Assembly (NCBI GenBank): GCA_963833985.1
Contig: CAWIAD010000002.1
Location: 1,984,001 to 2,048,000, forward strand
DNA length: 64,000 nucleotides
DNA from: an uncultured Planctomycetaceae bacterium
Lineage (GTDB): Bacteria > Planctomycetota > Planctomycetia > Isosphaerales > Isosphaeraceae
Direction: 5' to 3'
The notes below the pieces were generated by a model. It saw only the letters and a program-made list of their open reading frames with translations, ran no database searches and was not told the origin of the DNA. Below are positions 1 to 10,400 of this stretch, piece after piece (the stretch's first letter is position 1; every line of letters begins with the position of its first letter). A program made the position numbers and the translations under genes.

Positions 1-1480
1 AGAGCCTCGCCACGGGAGCAGGGGTGGTGTGCGTTGGGTGCCAGGCCATGCGCCGGGTCGAGCCGTTGCCGTTGCCGTTGCCGTCGCTGCCGCCAGGCCC
101 CGCGGTCTGCCGGGTGGGCACCGACGCCCCGATGAGGATCTCGGGATCGGGGATGGTCACGTCGCCGGGGCGTACCCGCGGGCGATCGGCCTCGTGGCCG
201 TCGGGCGACTGGGCGCGGGCGATGGTGATCGGCGCCTCGTACTTTCCGCGTGTGCGATCGCGGTCGCGTGTGCGGCTCGGGCTGGGCTCGCGGCTGGCGA
301 CAAGCGTACCGGAACCGCGCCGCACCGGCGCGTACAGGGCCATCAGGTTATTGCGGTCGAGCACGCTGTAAATGGAGCGCGGCGTGGCGTAGAGCCCGTG
401 ATTGCCGCGCGGTTCGGCGAAATTGCACACGCCCGCCACGTGGCCGTCAGTGGTATAGAGCCCGCCGCCGGACCGGCCCTGCTTCGGCGCGGTCATGCAC
501 TCGATGGCCTGGTAGGAGGGGTTGCCCGAGAGCCCGTGCATCTGGGGGTTGAGGATCACGGTGTACCAGGCGGTGGCGTCCTGACCCTCGGAGCAGCCGA
601 CGGTCATCATCTTCATACGCGCTTTCGGCTCCCAGTGCGCCGGCACGACCCGCGCCGCAGGCAGTCGGCGGCCGGGGCGGATGCGGATCAGGCCGACGTC
701 CACGGTGAAGTCATAGTCCAGCGCCCGGCCCTCGACCGACTCGACCAGATGCACCTGGGCCGGGTGCTCGCCGTGCAGCTTCCCGTCGAACAGGTCGACC
801 ATGATCTTGCGAGGAAACCTCTGGGGCGGAACCTGCCGCTGGCCGTCGAGCTTGAAAATATGGGCGCACGTGAGAATAATCGCCTCGTCGTTGGAGCTGG
901 AGATGACCGTACCGGAGCCGAAGCCGATGGAGCCCTGCGAGAGCACGCGGATGCGGACCACGGTTTCCCAGGGCTTGGGATTGTGGAACTCCGGCTCGGC
1001 GCTGGCCTGGTCTTCGGGTTCTGCGGCCGCGTCCGGATCCGCGGCGCTGCGCGGCTTTTCCGCGGGCTCGGCGCGCTTCGATTCCTCATCTTCGGCATCG
1101 TCCGCCTTGCCGTCATCTTCGGCGGCGTGAGCGCGCGAGCTGCTCGGCGGCTGCACCTTGGCCTTGGCGTCGAGATAAAACCGGGCAAGCTGCGCGGCCG
1201 CCTGGCTGCCCGAGGTGCGGCCCAGCTCGCGGCCGTCGCGGTCGACGACGATGAAGGTGGGCACGGCGTCCACGCCGTAGCGTTCCTTCAGGTCGGGCGA
1301 CTGATCGATGTCGATGGACCGGATCGGGTAGCCCTTGCGCGCTAGCTGGCTGACGGCCGGGCGCATCTGCCGGCAAGGCCCGCACCACTCGGCATGGAAG
1401 TCGAGGAGTACGGGTTCGGATCCTGCGGCGCTGGAAGGGACTGTGACAAGCAGGGCGACCAGTAGGGAGGCGATGGTCAT
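1..1480 (-). CDS. Secreted thioredoxin-domain / trypsin-like serine protease fusion (3' end runs off the window)
   Basis: Hand translation from ATG 1480 (RBS GGAAAGGAG): signal peptide MTIASLLVALLV, DFHAEWCGPC, then trypsin-like motifs LTCAHIF, DVGLIRI, QGRSGGGL. Absent from the ORF track because there is no stop in the window. Confidence 0.85.
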   Translation of the reverse strand, partial: MTIASLLVALLVTVPSSAAGSEPVLLDFHAEWCGPCRQMRPAVSQLARKGYPIRSIDIDQSPDLKERYGVDAVPTFIVVDRDGRELGRTSGSQAAAQLARFYLDAKAKVQPPSSSRAHAAEDDGKADDAEDEESKRAEPAEKPRSAADPDAAAEPEDQASAEPEFHNPKPWETVVRIRVLSQGSIGFGSGTVISSSNDEAIILTCAHIFKLDGQRQVPPQRFPRKIMVDLFDGKLHGEHPAQVHLVESVEGRALDYDFTVDVGLIRIRPGRRLPAARVVPAHWEPKARMKMMTVGCSEGQDATAWYTVILNPQMHGLSGNPSYQAIECMTAPKQGRSGGGLYTTDGHVAGVCNFAEPRGNHGLYATPRSIYSVLDRNNLMALYAPVRRGSGTLVASREPSPSRTRDRDRTRGKYEAPITIARAQSPDGHEADRPRVRPGDVTIPDPEILIGASVPTRQTAGPGGSDGNGNGNGSTRRMAWHPTHTTPAPVARL

Positions 1481-2122
1481 GCCGCAAGGACTCCTTTCCC
1501 TCGGAACAATCGGCGCGATGGCGCGCGGGCATCAACCTCGGTTGGGACGAGCGTGATGTCATGCGCTTCAGCGTGGTGTGTGCGACCCGAATGCGGATGG
1601 GCCTCTGCGGGCGAGCTCCATTGCCCGGTCATCCCCGAGTCGCCGCGCCAGGACCAGGCGCGGAGCACGAGAAAGGGATGGTCCACCCTCTGGAGGGCGG
1701 ACACCGGAGCCGAAAGAAGCCGATGCAAGGCGAGATGAGGTGCGATGTGCCGGGAGTGCAACCCGGCCCTTCCTTGGGCAATGGGCGTCATCACAGGGCC
1801 AACGCGGCATGCCCTCATGGCCAGCCGCGTCCCGCCATGCCGCACGTCCCCGAGCCTGATCGGCCCGAACGGGTCGAGACCGAAGTCTCGAACCTGGACG
1901 TCCTGGTCCGGCGGTCCCGTGGTGGATGCGACATCCCTGAAGCTCGCCTTCCCCGAGCGTCCAGCTCGAGGTGCACGGGATTCGGAGGGGATCGCGTTCA
2001 CCGCGGTGAGCCCCTTTTACTAGGAGTGAACAAGGAGTACCAGATCAGTTATCGGAGCGGTGCTCCTTTTTCTTGAGCTTTCCTGGAATCCTGTTCCGGA
2101 ATCCGCAGGAACGCTGATCCGG

Positions 2123-3511
2123 TCAAGACGAGATGGGCGGGTGGCGGCAGCCGAATGAGCGGAGGCGAAAGCCCAGCAGCCAGCGCGGCCGCCTCTCGGG
2201 GCATGGCCGCGTTGCCTGGAATTGAAGGAGCCTCGGGACCTTTCTCGCTACGCGCTGTGCCGGGCCTGCTTGCCTCGCGGCGTCCGAGGTACGCGCAGGC
2301 TTCATCGCATCGTTGCGCCACAGGTGCAAGAATCGATATTCGTCCCAGGCGACGCTCAGGAGATCGAGGTCGCCGTCGCCGTCGAGGTCGAACAGCAAGG
2401 TGCCCAGGTGGCTCTCCTTGCCGTGGTCGATGACGTGCGGCGTGAACTGGCCCTGACCGTCGTTCTCGAGCACGAAGAGCCGCTTGTCCTTCCCCTTGTG
2501 CTCGCAGGTCACCAGGTCGAGGTCGCCGTCGTGGTCCAGGTCGGCCACATCCAGGCTGTTCAGCGAGCCGGCGGTCAAGAGCGACCGGCGCTTCCAGGCC
2601 GCGGCGTCTCGCGGTCCTTCCCGTTCAAAGCAGAGCAACTGGGCCACGAGCTCCTGGGTCTGCCACGATTCCTCCGTCACGAGGATTTCGGGGCGGCCGT
2701 CGCCGTTCAGATCGGCGATCGCCAGCCGGTCGGCCGAGAAATTCGGCGTCTGGCCCACGTCGTGACGTTGCCAGGCACCAGGGCGCTTGCCGGGATTCTT
2801 CCACCAGGCCAACGATCGGGGCTGGACGCGGTCGCCCGTGGCTGCCGCGATGTCGATCAGCCCGTCGCCATCGATGTCGCCGACGGCCAGCCCCTGCTCG
2901 GAGGCCTCCGGCGCGGCCAGCGTCACAGGCCAGTTCCCAGCGTCTGGCCGGTCCGGAATCTCCAGGTAACAGGCGCCCTGACCGGTCGTCAGTACGACTT
3001 CCGGCCGGCCGCCGGGAACGAGCTGGGCCGTTGCGAACCCTTGCCCGTTGACGTGCTGCGCAGCAGGCAAGCGGGCGATCTTGATCGCCTTCCACTGCTG
3101 GCCCCGGCGGTCCTGGGCTTCGAGCCAGTAGACCTCGGGAAGCGCCTCGGCGATGCAATCGGCGAACTCGTCGCCATCCACGTCCAGGAACATCAGGGCG
3201 TCCACGTTGCGGCCCAGGTCAATCCGCTTCCAGCGGCCCGTCATGTCGCCCCCGGGGTTGAGATAGAAATAGCGGCCGGCGATGACGTCGAGAGCGCCGT
3301 CGCCGTCCACGTCATGGGCGCTCAGCCCGTAATACTTGAGCCAGTCAGGAGGGGCGAAATCACCCCACTTGCCGCGCGCGTCGTCCACCTGGATGTAGGT
3401 GAATCGATCGAGGCGGATCTTTCCGGGAGGCGCTGCCCACGCCGGGACGGCCGCCATCAGGGCAACGAGTGTGAACCGGGCCAGGCCCGCTTGATTCCGG
3501 CAAATCTTCAC
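2123..3511 (-). CDS. Secreted FG-GAP/VCBS repeat beta-propeller protein
   Basis: Repeated DxDGDGxxD motifs; GTG 3511 preceded by AAGGAGA; signal peptide ending AWA-A. Confidence 0.85.
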   Translation of the reverse strand: MKICRNQAGLARFTLVALMAAVPAWAAPPGKIRLDRFTYIQVDDARGKWGDFAPPDWLKYYGLSAHDVDGDGALDVIAGRYFYLNPGGDMTGRWKRIDLGRNVDALMFLDVDGDEFADCIAEALPEVYWLEAQDRRGQQWKAIKIARLPAAQHVNGQGFATAQLVPGGRPEVVLTTGQGACYLEIPDRPDAGNWPVTLAAPEASEQGLAVGDIDGDGLIDIAAATGDRVQPRSLAWWKNPGKRPGAWQRHDVGQTPNFSADRLAIADLNGDGRPEILVTEESWQTQELVAQLLCFEREGPRDAAAWKRRSLLTAGSLNSLDVADLDHDGDLDLVTCEHKGKDKRLFVLENDGQGQFTPHVIDHGKESHLGTLLFDLDGDGDLDLLSVAWDEYRFLHLWRNDAMKPARTSDAARQAGPAQRVARKVPRLLQFQATRPCPERRPRWLLGFRLRSFGCRHPPISS

Positions 3512-3543
3512 GGCTGTCTCCTTGTCGGCCTTCGTTCCACGGG

Positions 3544-4368
3544 TCACAAAAGCGCCAGTACGCGGCTGGGCCCACCGGTACAGCCGGCGATCTTGGGCGC
3601 CCCGACGAAGATCGTTGCGCCGCCGGCGGGAAGCTGGGCCAGGCCCGCAAGATTCTCCAGGCCCCACTTGCCGTGTCCCAGCCAGAAGTGATGCACCGGA
3701 AAGTCGCTGCTGATGCCCGGATCAAGGCTGATCGTATCCGTGGCGATTCCCTTGATCGTGCGCTCTTCCTGAAGGAACCGCACCGCCTCCACGTGGAAGC
3801 CAGGAAAGTGGAACCCGCCGCGGTGATCCTGGCCGAAGAACCGGCGGGAATCGGCGACCCGGGAATCCCAGCCGCTCTGCATGGCAACCACGGCTCCCGC
3901 GGGAATCGGTCCGTATCGCCGCTCCCAGGCCTTGAGGTCTTCGGTCGTCAGCGCCGCGTCCGCATTCGCCTCGGCGCGGGCGCGGATGTCGACGACCACA
4001 AGCGGCCCGATGAGCTGATCAGCCGGAATGCGGTCGGCGCTGGGGCCTGCCGTGCAGTGCAAGGGCGCATCGATGTGCGTGCCGCTGTGCTCCTGCAAGT
4101 GCCACCGGAAGGCGTTCCACCCCTCCTTTCCCAGCCTGGCGACCGGCTCGAGCCGGAATGGATCCGGCCAGGTCATGGGAAACTCCGCGCTCAGCGTGTG
4201 GGTCAGATCAACGACGCGCTGGTAATCGCGGTGCGGCAGTTCCACACGAGGCGCCGCGGCCACGGGCATGGTAACAGCCGTTGCGCACGCGGCGACGCCG
4301 GCTTGCTTCAAGAAACGCCGCCGGCCGGACATCCCCGCGAGGACGGCAAGACAATCTGGCATGCACAT
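3544..4368 (-). CDS. Cyclase family (kynurenine formamidase-like) metal-dependent hydrolase, Tat-exported
   Basis: HSGTHIDAPLH, DTISLD and LENL motifs; twin-arginine SGRRRFLK; start set at MCMPDC. Confidence 0.9.
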   Translation of the reverse strand: MCMPDCLAVLAGMSGRRRFLKQAGVAACATAVTMPVAAAPRVELPHRDYQRVVDLTHTLSAEFPMTWPDPFRLEPVARLGKEGWNAFRWHLQEHSGTHIDAPLHCTAGPSADRIPADQLIGPLVVVDIRARAEANADAALTTEDLKAWERRYGPIPAGAVVAMQSGWDSRVADSRRFFGQDHRGGFHFPGFHVEAVRFLQEERTIKGIATDTISLDPGISSDFPVHHFWLGHGKWGLENLAGLAQLPAGGATIFVGAPKIAGCTGGPSRVLALL

Positions 4369-4432
4369 GACTTCCATCTCCCATGCGAAAGGGCGGACGG
4401 ACCGATCACCCCGCTCCACCCCGGTCGAGAGC

Positions 4433-4670
4433 CAATACCGTTGAGAGAGCGTTAACGAAAAGGGGCAAGAGGCTTGCGACAGACTTGTTCCCACGCTCTG
4501 CGTGGGAACACCGGTCGGGACGCTCGGCGTCCCAAGATTTCCCAGCCTCAGCACGGGCCCAATTGACGCAGAGTGTCGCAGACGGCATTCCCACGCGGAG
4601 CGTGGGAACGAGGGACAAACCTATGCCTGCACTCAACTTGTCGCTATTTCAATTCATTTCAACGGTATTG
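4433..4670. mobile_element. MITE-like element, copy 1 (238 bp, one REP-like palindrome cassette)
   Basis: Ends CAATACCGTTGA...TCAACGGTATTG; flanks GGTCGAGAGC / GGTCTGGAGC (8/10); homologous to 49036-49455. Confidence 0.85.
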
Positions 4671-4694
4671 GGTCTGGAGCGGTTTTCACTCGGA

Positions 4695-5969
4695 TCAGAG
4701 ACTGAGGCCGGGGGGCAAGGGGTCCCAGAGACTCACGTACTCCTCGTCGCTGTCGGGTAGCGTCCAGTGCACGTGGACGCCAGACTTCGCGTCCAGCCAC
4801 CAGGGCGCCAGAGGACGCTGATCGAGCGACGTCCGTTCCGGCTGGTACCCGTGCCGGTTCGCGGCCGGCTCATGCGGTTTGACGGCGGCGGCGATCTTTT
4901 TCAACTGCTGGTAGCCGAACTCCTTGATCAACCCCGTGCGTGGATCGATGGGCCAGTCGAGCGTACACACGCCACCCTGGCCGTTGCAGGTCTTGATCCA
5001 GTCGATCAGCTCTTGATCGGGGAACTGGTTGGAATTGCCCTGGCCGTGGTAGACGTTGCCACAATAGATCTTGCCGTGCCACAGGATGCCGCCTTGCACG
5101 GGCCGATGGCGCGGTGTCAGCCGGGACAGTTGCTGCTTGCTCCAGGTGTCGCCTCCGTTGAAATCGTCAATCCCCGGCTTGAGGCAGGCTTGCTCGTTGC
5201 CCCCGTAGCTGAAGGCGATCACCGCCCGGGGATTGGCGCGATGGACGATGGTATCGATGAGTGACCAGTCATGGGGCTTACCGTTGTAGGAGTCAGGCTG
5301 CATGCCGTCGAACCACCAGCCGGCCACCTTGCTCTGGTAGCGGTCGGCGTATTCCTGGAGGATCTCGAGCCGGCGCCTGCGGCTCTCGGCGGAGGGCGCG
5401 GTGTCCCAGTCGCCGTCGTCTGCCAGCCCGGCGGTGACCTTCGGCTCCTTCATGTAGCCATTCAGGCCCGCGAAGTAGCAGATCAGCTTCACGCCGCGGG
5501 CATTCAGGGCGTCGGCGAGCTCCCGGATCAGGTCTCTGCGGGAGCACTTCGCGCCGGGAGCGTAGCCGGTGTACCTGTCAAAGGCCGCGTTCGGGGCACA
5601 CGGCCAGGCGAAGTAGTGATCGTCGATGCAGAAGATCACCCACCCCGCGCGGGCCTGCGCGGCCTGGTCCGCAAAACCCGGGACGTCAAAATCATCCACG
5701 AACCGGTTCCACCCGCCGGCCGTCATCTCGGCCGGTTCGGGGAACGCGGGACGGGTGGCGACGGAGCGGCCCAGGAGGATCCGGTACTGGTAATGGACGA
5801 AGAGCCCGTACTTGCCCTTGACCATCCAGGCAGTGTCGTCACCCCCAGCGCGGGCGTGACCTGAAAGCCAGACAAGCGCGAGCACCGCCAGCAAGCCGGC
5901 CCGCCCGATCGTCTGGCAGCGCGCGCGGCTTGCCAGCGGGATCTGTCTTCCGCCATCAGGCTCAGGCAT
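4695..5969 (-). CDS. Glycoside hydrolase, alpha-L-fucosidase (GH29)-like
   Basis: KYGLFVHY, RDLIRELADALNARGVKLICY, AGWWFDG motifs; N-terminal signal peptide. Confidence 0.75.
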   Translation of the reverse strand: MPEPDGGRQIPLASRARCQTIGRAGLLAVLALVWLSGHARAGGDDTAWMVKGKYGLFVHYQYRILLGRSVATRPAFPEPAEMTAGGWNRFVDDFDVPGFADQAAQARAGWVIFCIDDHYFAWPCAPNAAFDRYTGYAPGAKCSRRDLIRELADALNARGVKLICYFAGLNGYMKEPKVTAGLADDGDWDTAPSAESRRRRLEILQEYADRYQSKVAGWWFDGMQPDSYNGKPHDWSLIDTIVHRANPRAVIAFSYGGNEQACLKPGIDDFNGGDTWSKQQLSRLTPRHRPVQGGILWHGKIYCGNVYHGQGNSNQFPDQELIDWIKTCNGQGGVCTLDWPIDPRTGLIKEFGYQQLKKIAAAVKPHEPAANRHGYQPERTSLDQRPLAPWWLDAKSGVHVHWTLPDSDEEYVSLWDPLPPGLSL

Positions 5970-6015
5970 CCTGGTCCGCTCCCTCTCTTCGTCCCACCGT
6001 CCGGCGCCCGGACCG

Positions 6016-7404
6016 TTAGTGCGGACTGATCTCGAGAATCATGGGGTGGTCGCTGAGCGTCAGATCGACCGAGTCCACGTTGCGCAGCACCGAGGTGGCG
6101 GACGTGTCCAGCGTGGGATCAAAAACCTTGACAGTAGGGTGAACGCCGCCCAGCTTGACTTTTACCCGGTCCGAGCCTTTGAGCCGTTCTCCCCAGACGA
6201 TGAGCTCGAAGTGGCCGTTGCTCTTCTGGAGCAGGAGGTCATGCACCGTCGCCGGCCTGGCGGGAATCTCGTAGGCGAGCTTGCCCGGCTCATGAGCCGC
6301 GTTCCGGTCCGCGAGGATGGAGGTGAGACGATGCAGGTATACCGCGGCCTTGCGCGGGGTGTAGTTCGGCTTGAAGAACCCGAACTTCTGGTTGCCGCCC
6401 TCGTCCTCACGGTCACGCAGCAGGTACACCGCTGTGTGCTTCCAGCCGCGCGCGAACTGGGCGAGATAGAGGTTCATCAGGTTCAGCGCGTGGATCTCCT
6501 CGGTGACGGGTCCGTCGATGGTGCATCCGGTTTCGGTGGTGACCCGCGGCAGCGTGAGCAGCGCTTTTTCCGAATAGCCGCGGAAGTGCTGTGCCCAGGT
6601 GACGCCATAGTTGCCGAAAAGGCCGTCGACCCTGCACGCCGCGGTCGGCTCGGCCGCGTTCCAGGATTTGTTGTCCTCGATCCCGGAGGAATTGGGATGA
6701 TAAATGTAGTTATGCACGTTGGCGAAGTCGGCATAGGTCGTCCCGGGGGGCATCTTCGTGCCGGAGCCCGGGGGAATGGTCAGGAACTGCAAGCCAACGT
6801 TGTCGCGCTGTGCGCCCCCCTCGCTGATGGACCAGACGGGGTACGCTTTCAGGATCGGATCGCTCTTCACGGCCCGGTACAGGTCGTGCTGAAGCTTCGC
6901 GACGGCCATCCAGGAGGGGGCGGAGCCTCCGCCCTTCTCGCCCTGGTATGTGACGCCCCAGTTGTTCGGCTCGTTGTTCCCCTCGAAGGCCAGCAGGGCC
7001 CCCGCGCTGGCGAGCTGCCGTGCGGTGGTGATGAGCTTCTCCAGGTCGGTTCCGCCGCTGACCAGTCCCCAGCTGAACCGGACGCCGGTCTGACGATGCA
7101 GTTGCAAGTAGGTCCCGATGGTGGTGGGGCCCTGGGCGGAGAGCCCCTCGATGCCGCCCCGCACCCAGCGGAACCCCGTGTATTTGAGCATCTCGATGGT
7201 CCGCGGCAGGGGCTGCCCGCGGTCGGGAAACGTCGAGTTCACACCGATGCTGTTCAGGAACTCGGCCACGGGAACCGCGATCGTGGCGCCGGCTTGCTTG
7301 CGGCGTGCTGATGCCGAGGCAGGCTGGCCCCATGCCGGGCTGGCCGCCAACATCGCGAGGGCGAGCGCCGGCGTCAACAAGCGCGTCGCATGGACGATCT
7401 TCAT
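6016..7404 (-). CDS. Secreted clan GH-A-like glycoside hydrolase
   Basis: FLNSIGVN, FEGNNEPN (acid/base-like), ANVHNY, TTETG (nucleophile-like); signal peptide. Confidence 0.7.
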   Translation of the reverse strand: MKIVHATRLLTPALALAMLAASPAWGQPASASARRKQAGATIAVPVAEFLNSIGVNSTFPDRGQPLPRTIEMLKYTGFRWVRGGIEGLSAQGPTTIGTYLQLHRQTGVRFSWGLVSGGTDLEKLITTARQLASAGALLAFEGNNEPNNWGVTYQGEKGGGSAPSWMAVAKLQHDLYRAVKSDPILKAYPVWSISEGGAQRDNVGLQFLTIPPGSGTKMPPGTTYADFANVHNYIYHPNSSGIEDNKSWNAAEPTAACRVDGLFGNYGVTWAQHFRGYSEKALLTLPRVTTETGCTIDGPVTEEIHALNLMNLYLAQFARGWKHTAVYLLRDREDEGGNQKFGFFKPNYTPRKAAVYLHRLTSILADRNAAHEPGKLAYEIPARPATVHDLLLQKSNGHFELIVWGERLKGSDRVKVKLGGVHPTVKVFDPTLDTSATSVLRNVDSVDLTLSDHPMILEISPH

Positions 7405-7405
7405 C

Positions 7406-10400
7406 TCAATTCATTCTCCATAAGTGAACATAGCGGCTCTCCGCCCAGCCATGACCGAGGATGCCAAACCTGGCGGGAGAGAGCTCGATGACCCTGGCGC
7501 CGTCATGCTGCTCGAACCTATCGTCCAGCAAGAAGCGAGTCCAGGCGGTACCCCTGGGGTCCGCCAGCTTGTAAACGAAGAGCCGGCACCGGCTGTGATA
7601 GGGATTGAACGGATCATGCTCGCCCGCGACGATCTCCGGCTTGCCGTCGCCATCGAGGTCCGCGACCGAGAGCGAGTGCGGGCAGTGGATGCGATCAACC
7701 ACGTGTGGCACGAACGGCTTGTGCCGCGGGTCGCCGGTGTTCTCCAGCCAGGCCACGCGGGCGAAGTAGATTTGCCGGGTGTTCCAGTTGCCGTCTTCCT
7801 CGCCCAGGACGATGTCTTTCCTGCCATCGCCGTTGATGTCGGCGAGGGCCATGCGCGCCACCTTGGTGTAGCCATCGACAAGCAGGTGCGGCAGGAACTT
7901 GCCGTTGCCCAGGTTCTCCAGCCAGTAGGGCCCGGCGACCACGTCCAGCTTGCCGTCGCCGTCCAGATCGTACGGCACCATCTCCTCGCCGTAAGGAATC
8001 TCGGCGAGCACGCGGCGCTTCCAGGGACCCGCGGCCGGGTCTTCGGGAATCTCGAAGATCTCGGGATGGGTCCGGTCGTGATAACCGGCGACGAGCGCAC
8101 GCCTGCCGCCGGGCAAGAGCGCCCCGATGGCCGTGCCGTGCGGCCAGTCGCCGCTCCCCTTGCCTATGCGGTGCAGTTGCCAGCGGTCGTGCGCAGGATC
8201 GACGGCCTTCAGCCAGCACAGCTCACTGGAAAGTGCTTCGTAAAACTCCCTGGCACCCGGCGTGCCCACGAGCCCGATCAATTCCTTGCGGCCGTCGCCG
8301 TCCAGGTCATGGGCGTTCACGATCTGGACGACTCCGGGAACCTGGTGCCGTTGCCAGGACGGGCTCTTGTACCACCAGGCGCCGCAGACCACGTCGGGAG
8401 AACCATCGCCGTCGACATCGACCCACAGGATGTCCGTTGCGGTTGTCGGCTTCTGCTGGTCGATGAACTCGTGGCGAAACTTGGGAATCGGCGATGCCCC
8501 CTCGCGCTGCTTGTACACCTGGACCCAGCCGATGCAGTCGGGGTATTTGGAGTTGATGACCTGGCCGGCGTGGCCGACGATCTCCGGCACGCCATCGCCG
8601 TCCAGGTCGGCCACGACCGCCTCGTGCGTCCCCTCTCCCTGGTAGAGCAGTTCACGCCGCACGGACTTGCCCTGGTCGCCCAGGACGTATCGGAAGAGCC
8701 GGGCATCGTAGTTGTAGGGCTGTTCCCAGCCTCCCTCGGTCATCTCTCCCACGAACACGTTCGCCTCGTGCGTTCGGGGATCGCGCCAGGCGCGGAGCGA
8801 ATGTGCGAAGATCAGGTCATGGTCGATCGGGTGCTCGACCCAGGGATGCTGCGGATTGATTCCCACCTGGTTCTCGAACCATGAGAAGTGGCCGTCGCGG
8901 TACTCGGACTCGGCAATCACGGCGTCGAGCCGGCCGTCGCCGTTGACGTCCAGGAGCGCGGCGCGGCAAAAGTCCCGGAAACCAGGAGCAAGGCTGTGCT
9001 GCTGCCAGATCGCTCCGGAGAGCGGACCGGAGGCCGGCGGCGAGAACCAGTAGGGCCCGGAAACAAGATCCATCCGCCCGCTGGCCTCGAGCGCTCCGGC
9101 GGTCGTCCCCTCGACGTTAAGCCCCCGCTGGACGACCTGTTTCTTCCACGGCTTCGTCAGATCGCCGGTTGGCTTGTACACGAAGAGCGCCGGGGTCGAG
9201 CAGTACTGCGAGTTGGAGACCACCTCGGCCTTGCCGTCACCGTCCACGTCGGCCACGATGACGTCGTGCGGCCCACCGCCGTTGGGGTCCATGAGCGGAT
9301 CGATCGTGTGCTCGACGAAGGGCTGATTCAGGTCCCTGGCCGGTTTGTACCAGCAGAGGGTCCAGCGCTCGGGACCAGGACCGCGCAGGCTGTGGCCCGC
9401 GATCACCTCCAGCGTGCCGTCGCCATCCAGGTCCAGCAGTGCGGCCCCGCAGTGGAAGTGGCCGCGGCCGACCACGCCTTTCTCGAACGTGGACGGGCGG
9501 TACCAGTACATTCCCCCGACGGCGCCGATGACGACCTCCTCCCTGCCGTCACCGTCGATATCGCCGACGGCCGTGCTACCCGTTTCCTTGCCGTCGCCGG
9601 GCACCGGATCCAGCAGCAGGAGATCCCAGGAGCGCGATGGCTTGAAGGGCTCCGCGTCCGCCGTGTGCTGGCCGGGCCCCTGGTTCAGCCAGATGTCCAG
9701 CCGTGGCGTTTCCCAGTTGTACGGCTTGCTGAGGATATCGAGCCGGCCGTCGGCGTTCAGGTCGGCGACGCGCGCCTCGTGGAACTCCATGCCTGTCTGG
9801 AAGATCGTGTTGTGAAAGTGCCCTGCGCCGTCGCCGTAGCAGAGGAATGCCTGGGCCTTCGGATTGTCGGGATCCTTCCGCTCCTCGGTCCACTTCGCCA
9901 TCTCGGCGACGAAGATGTCGAGATGTCCGTCGCCGTCAACGTCGCCGACCTGGAGCGAATGAGGATGGATGAGCGTGCGTCCGATCAGGTCGTGCCCCTG
10001 CCAGCTTGCTGTCTGGAACGGATCACCCTGGCAGTCGTACCACTTCACCGGCCCGGACCCATCGCCGGGCGCGATCACCACCTGCGGGACCTTTGCCCCC
10101 TGCTTGAACCGGCCGGCGAAGATCAGGCCGCCGATATCGCCGATCCGGGTGGCGCGCCATTTGCCGGTCTTATCGAATGAGAACATGTGATTGCCTGCAA
10201 GGATCTCGGGCCGGCCGTCGCCATCGATGTCGCAGCTCGACATGCCCTCGGCGTACTTGCCCGCTCCCTCACCGGCGTTGCCGGAGAAGACGCGCTCGAG
10301 CGGCCACTCGGAGAGGTCGGACGGATGCGCCGGGATGTCGGCAACAAAGAGCGTGCTGGCTCCCTGGTTCCAGAACGCAAGCTGCGGCTTGCCCCGACCC

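Noticed and set aside
1481..2122. Overlapping ORFs or an RNA gene in this gap
   Set aside because: No recognisable motif, RBS-supported start or RNA family signature.
4369..4821. ORFs containing LVPTLRVGMP / FPRSAWE (also 48721-49485)
   Set aside because: Spurious translations of the palindromic repeat cassettes.
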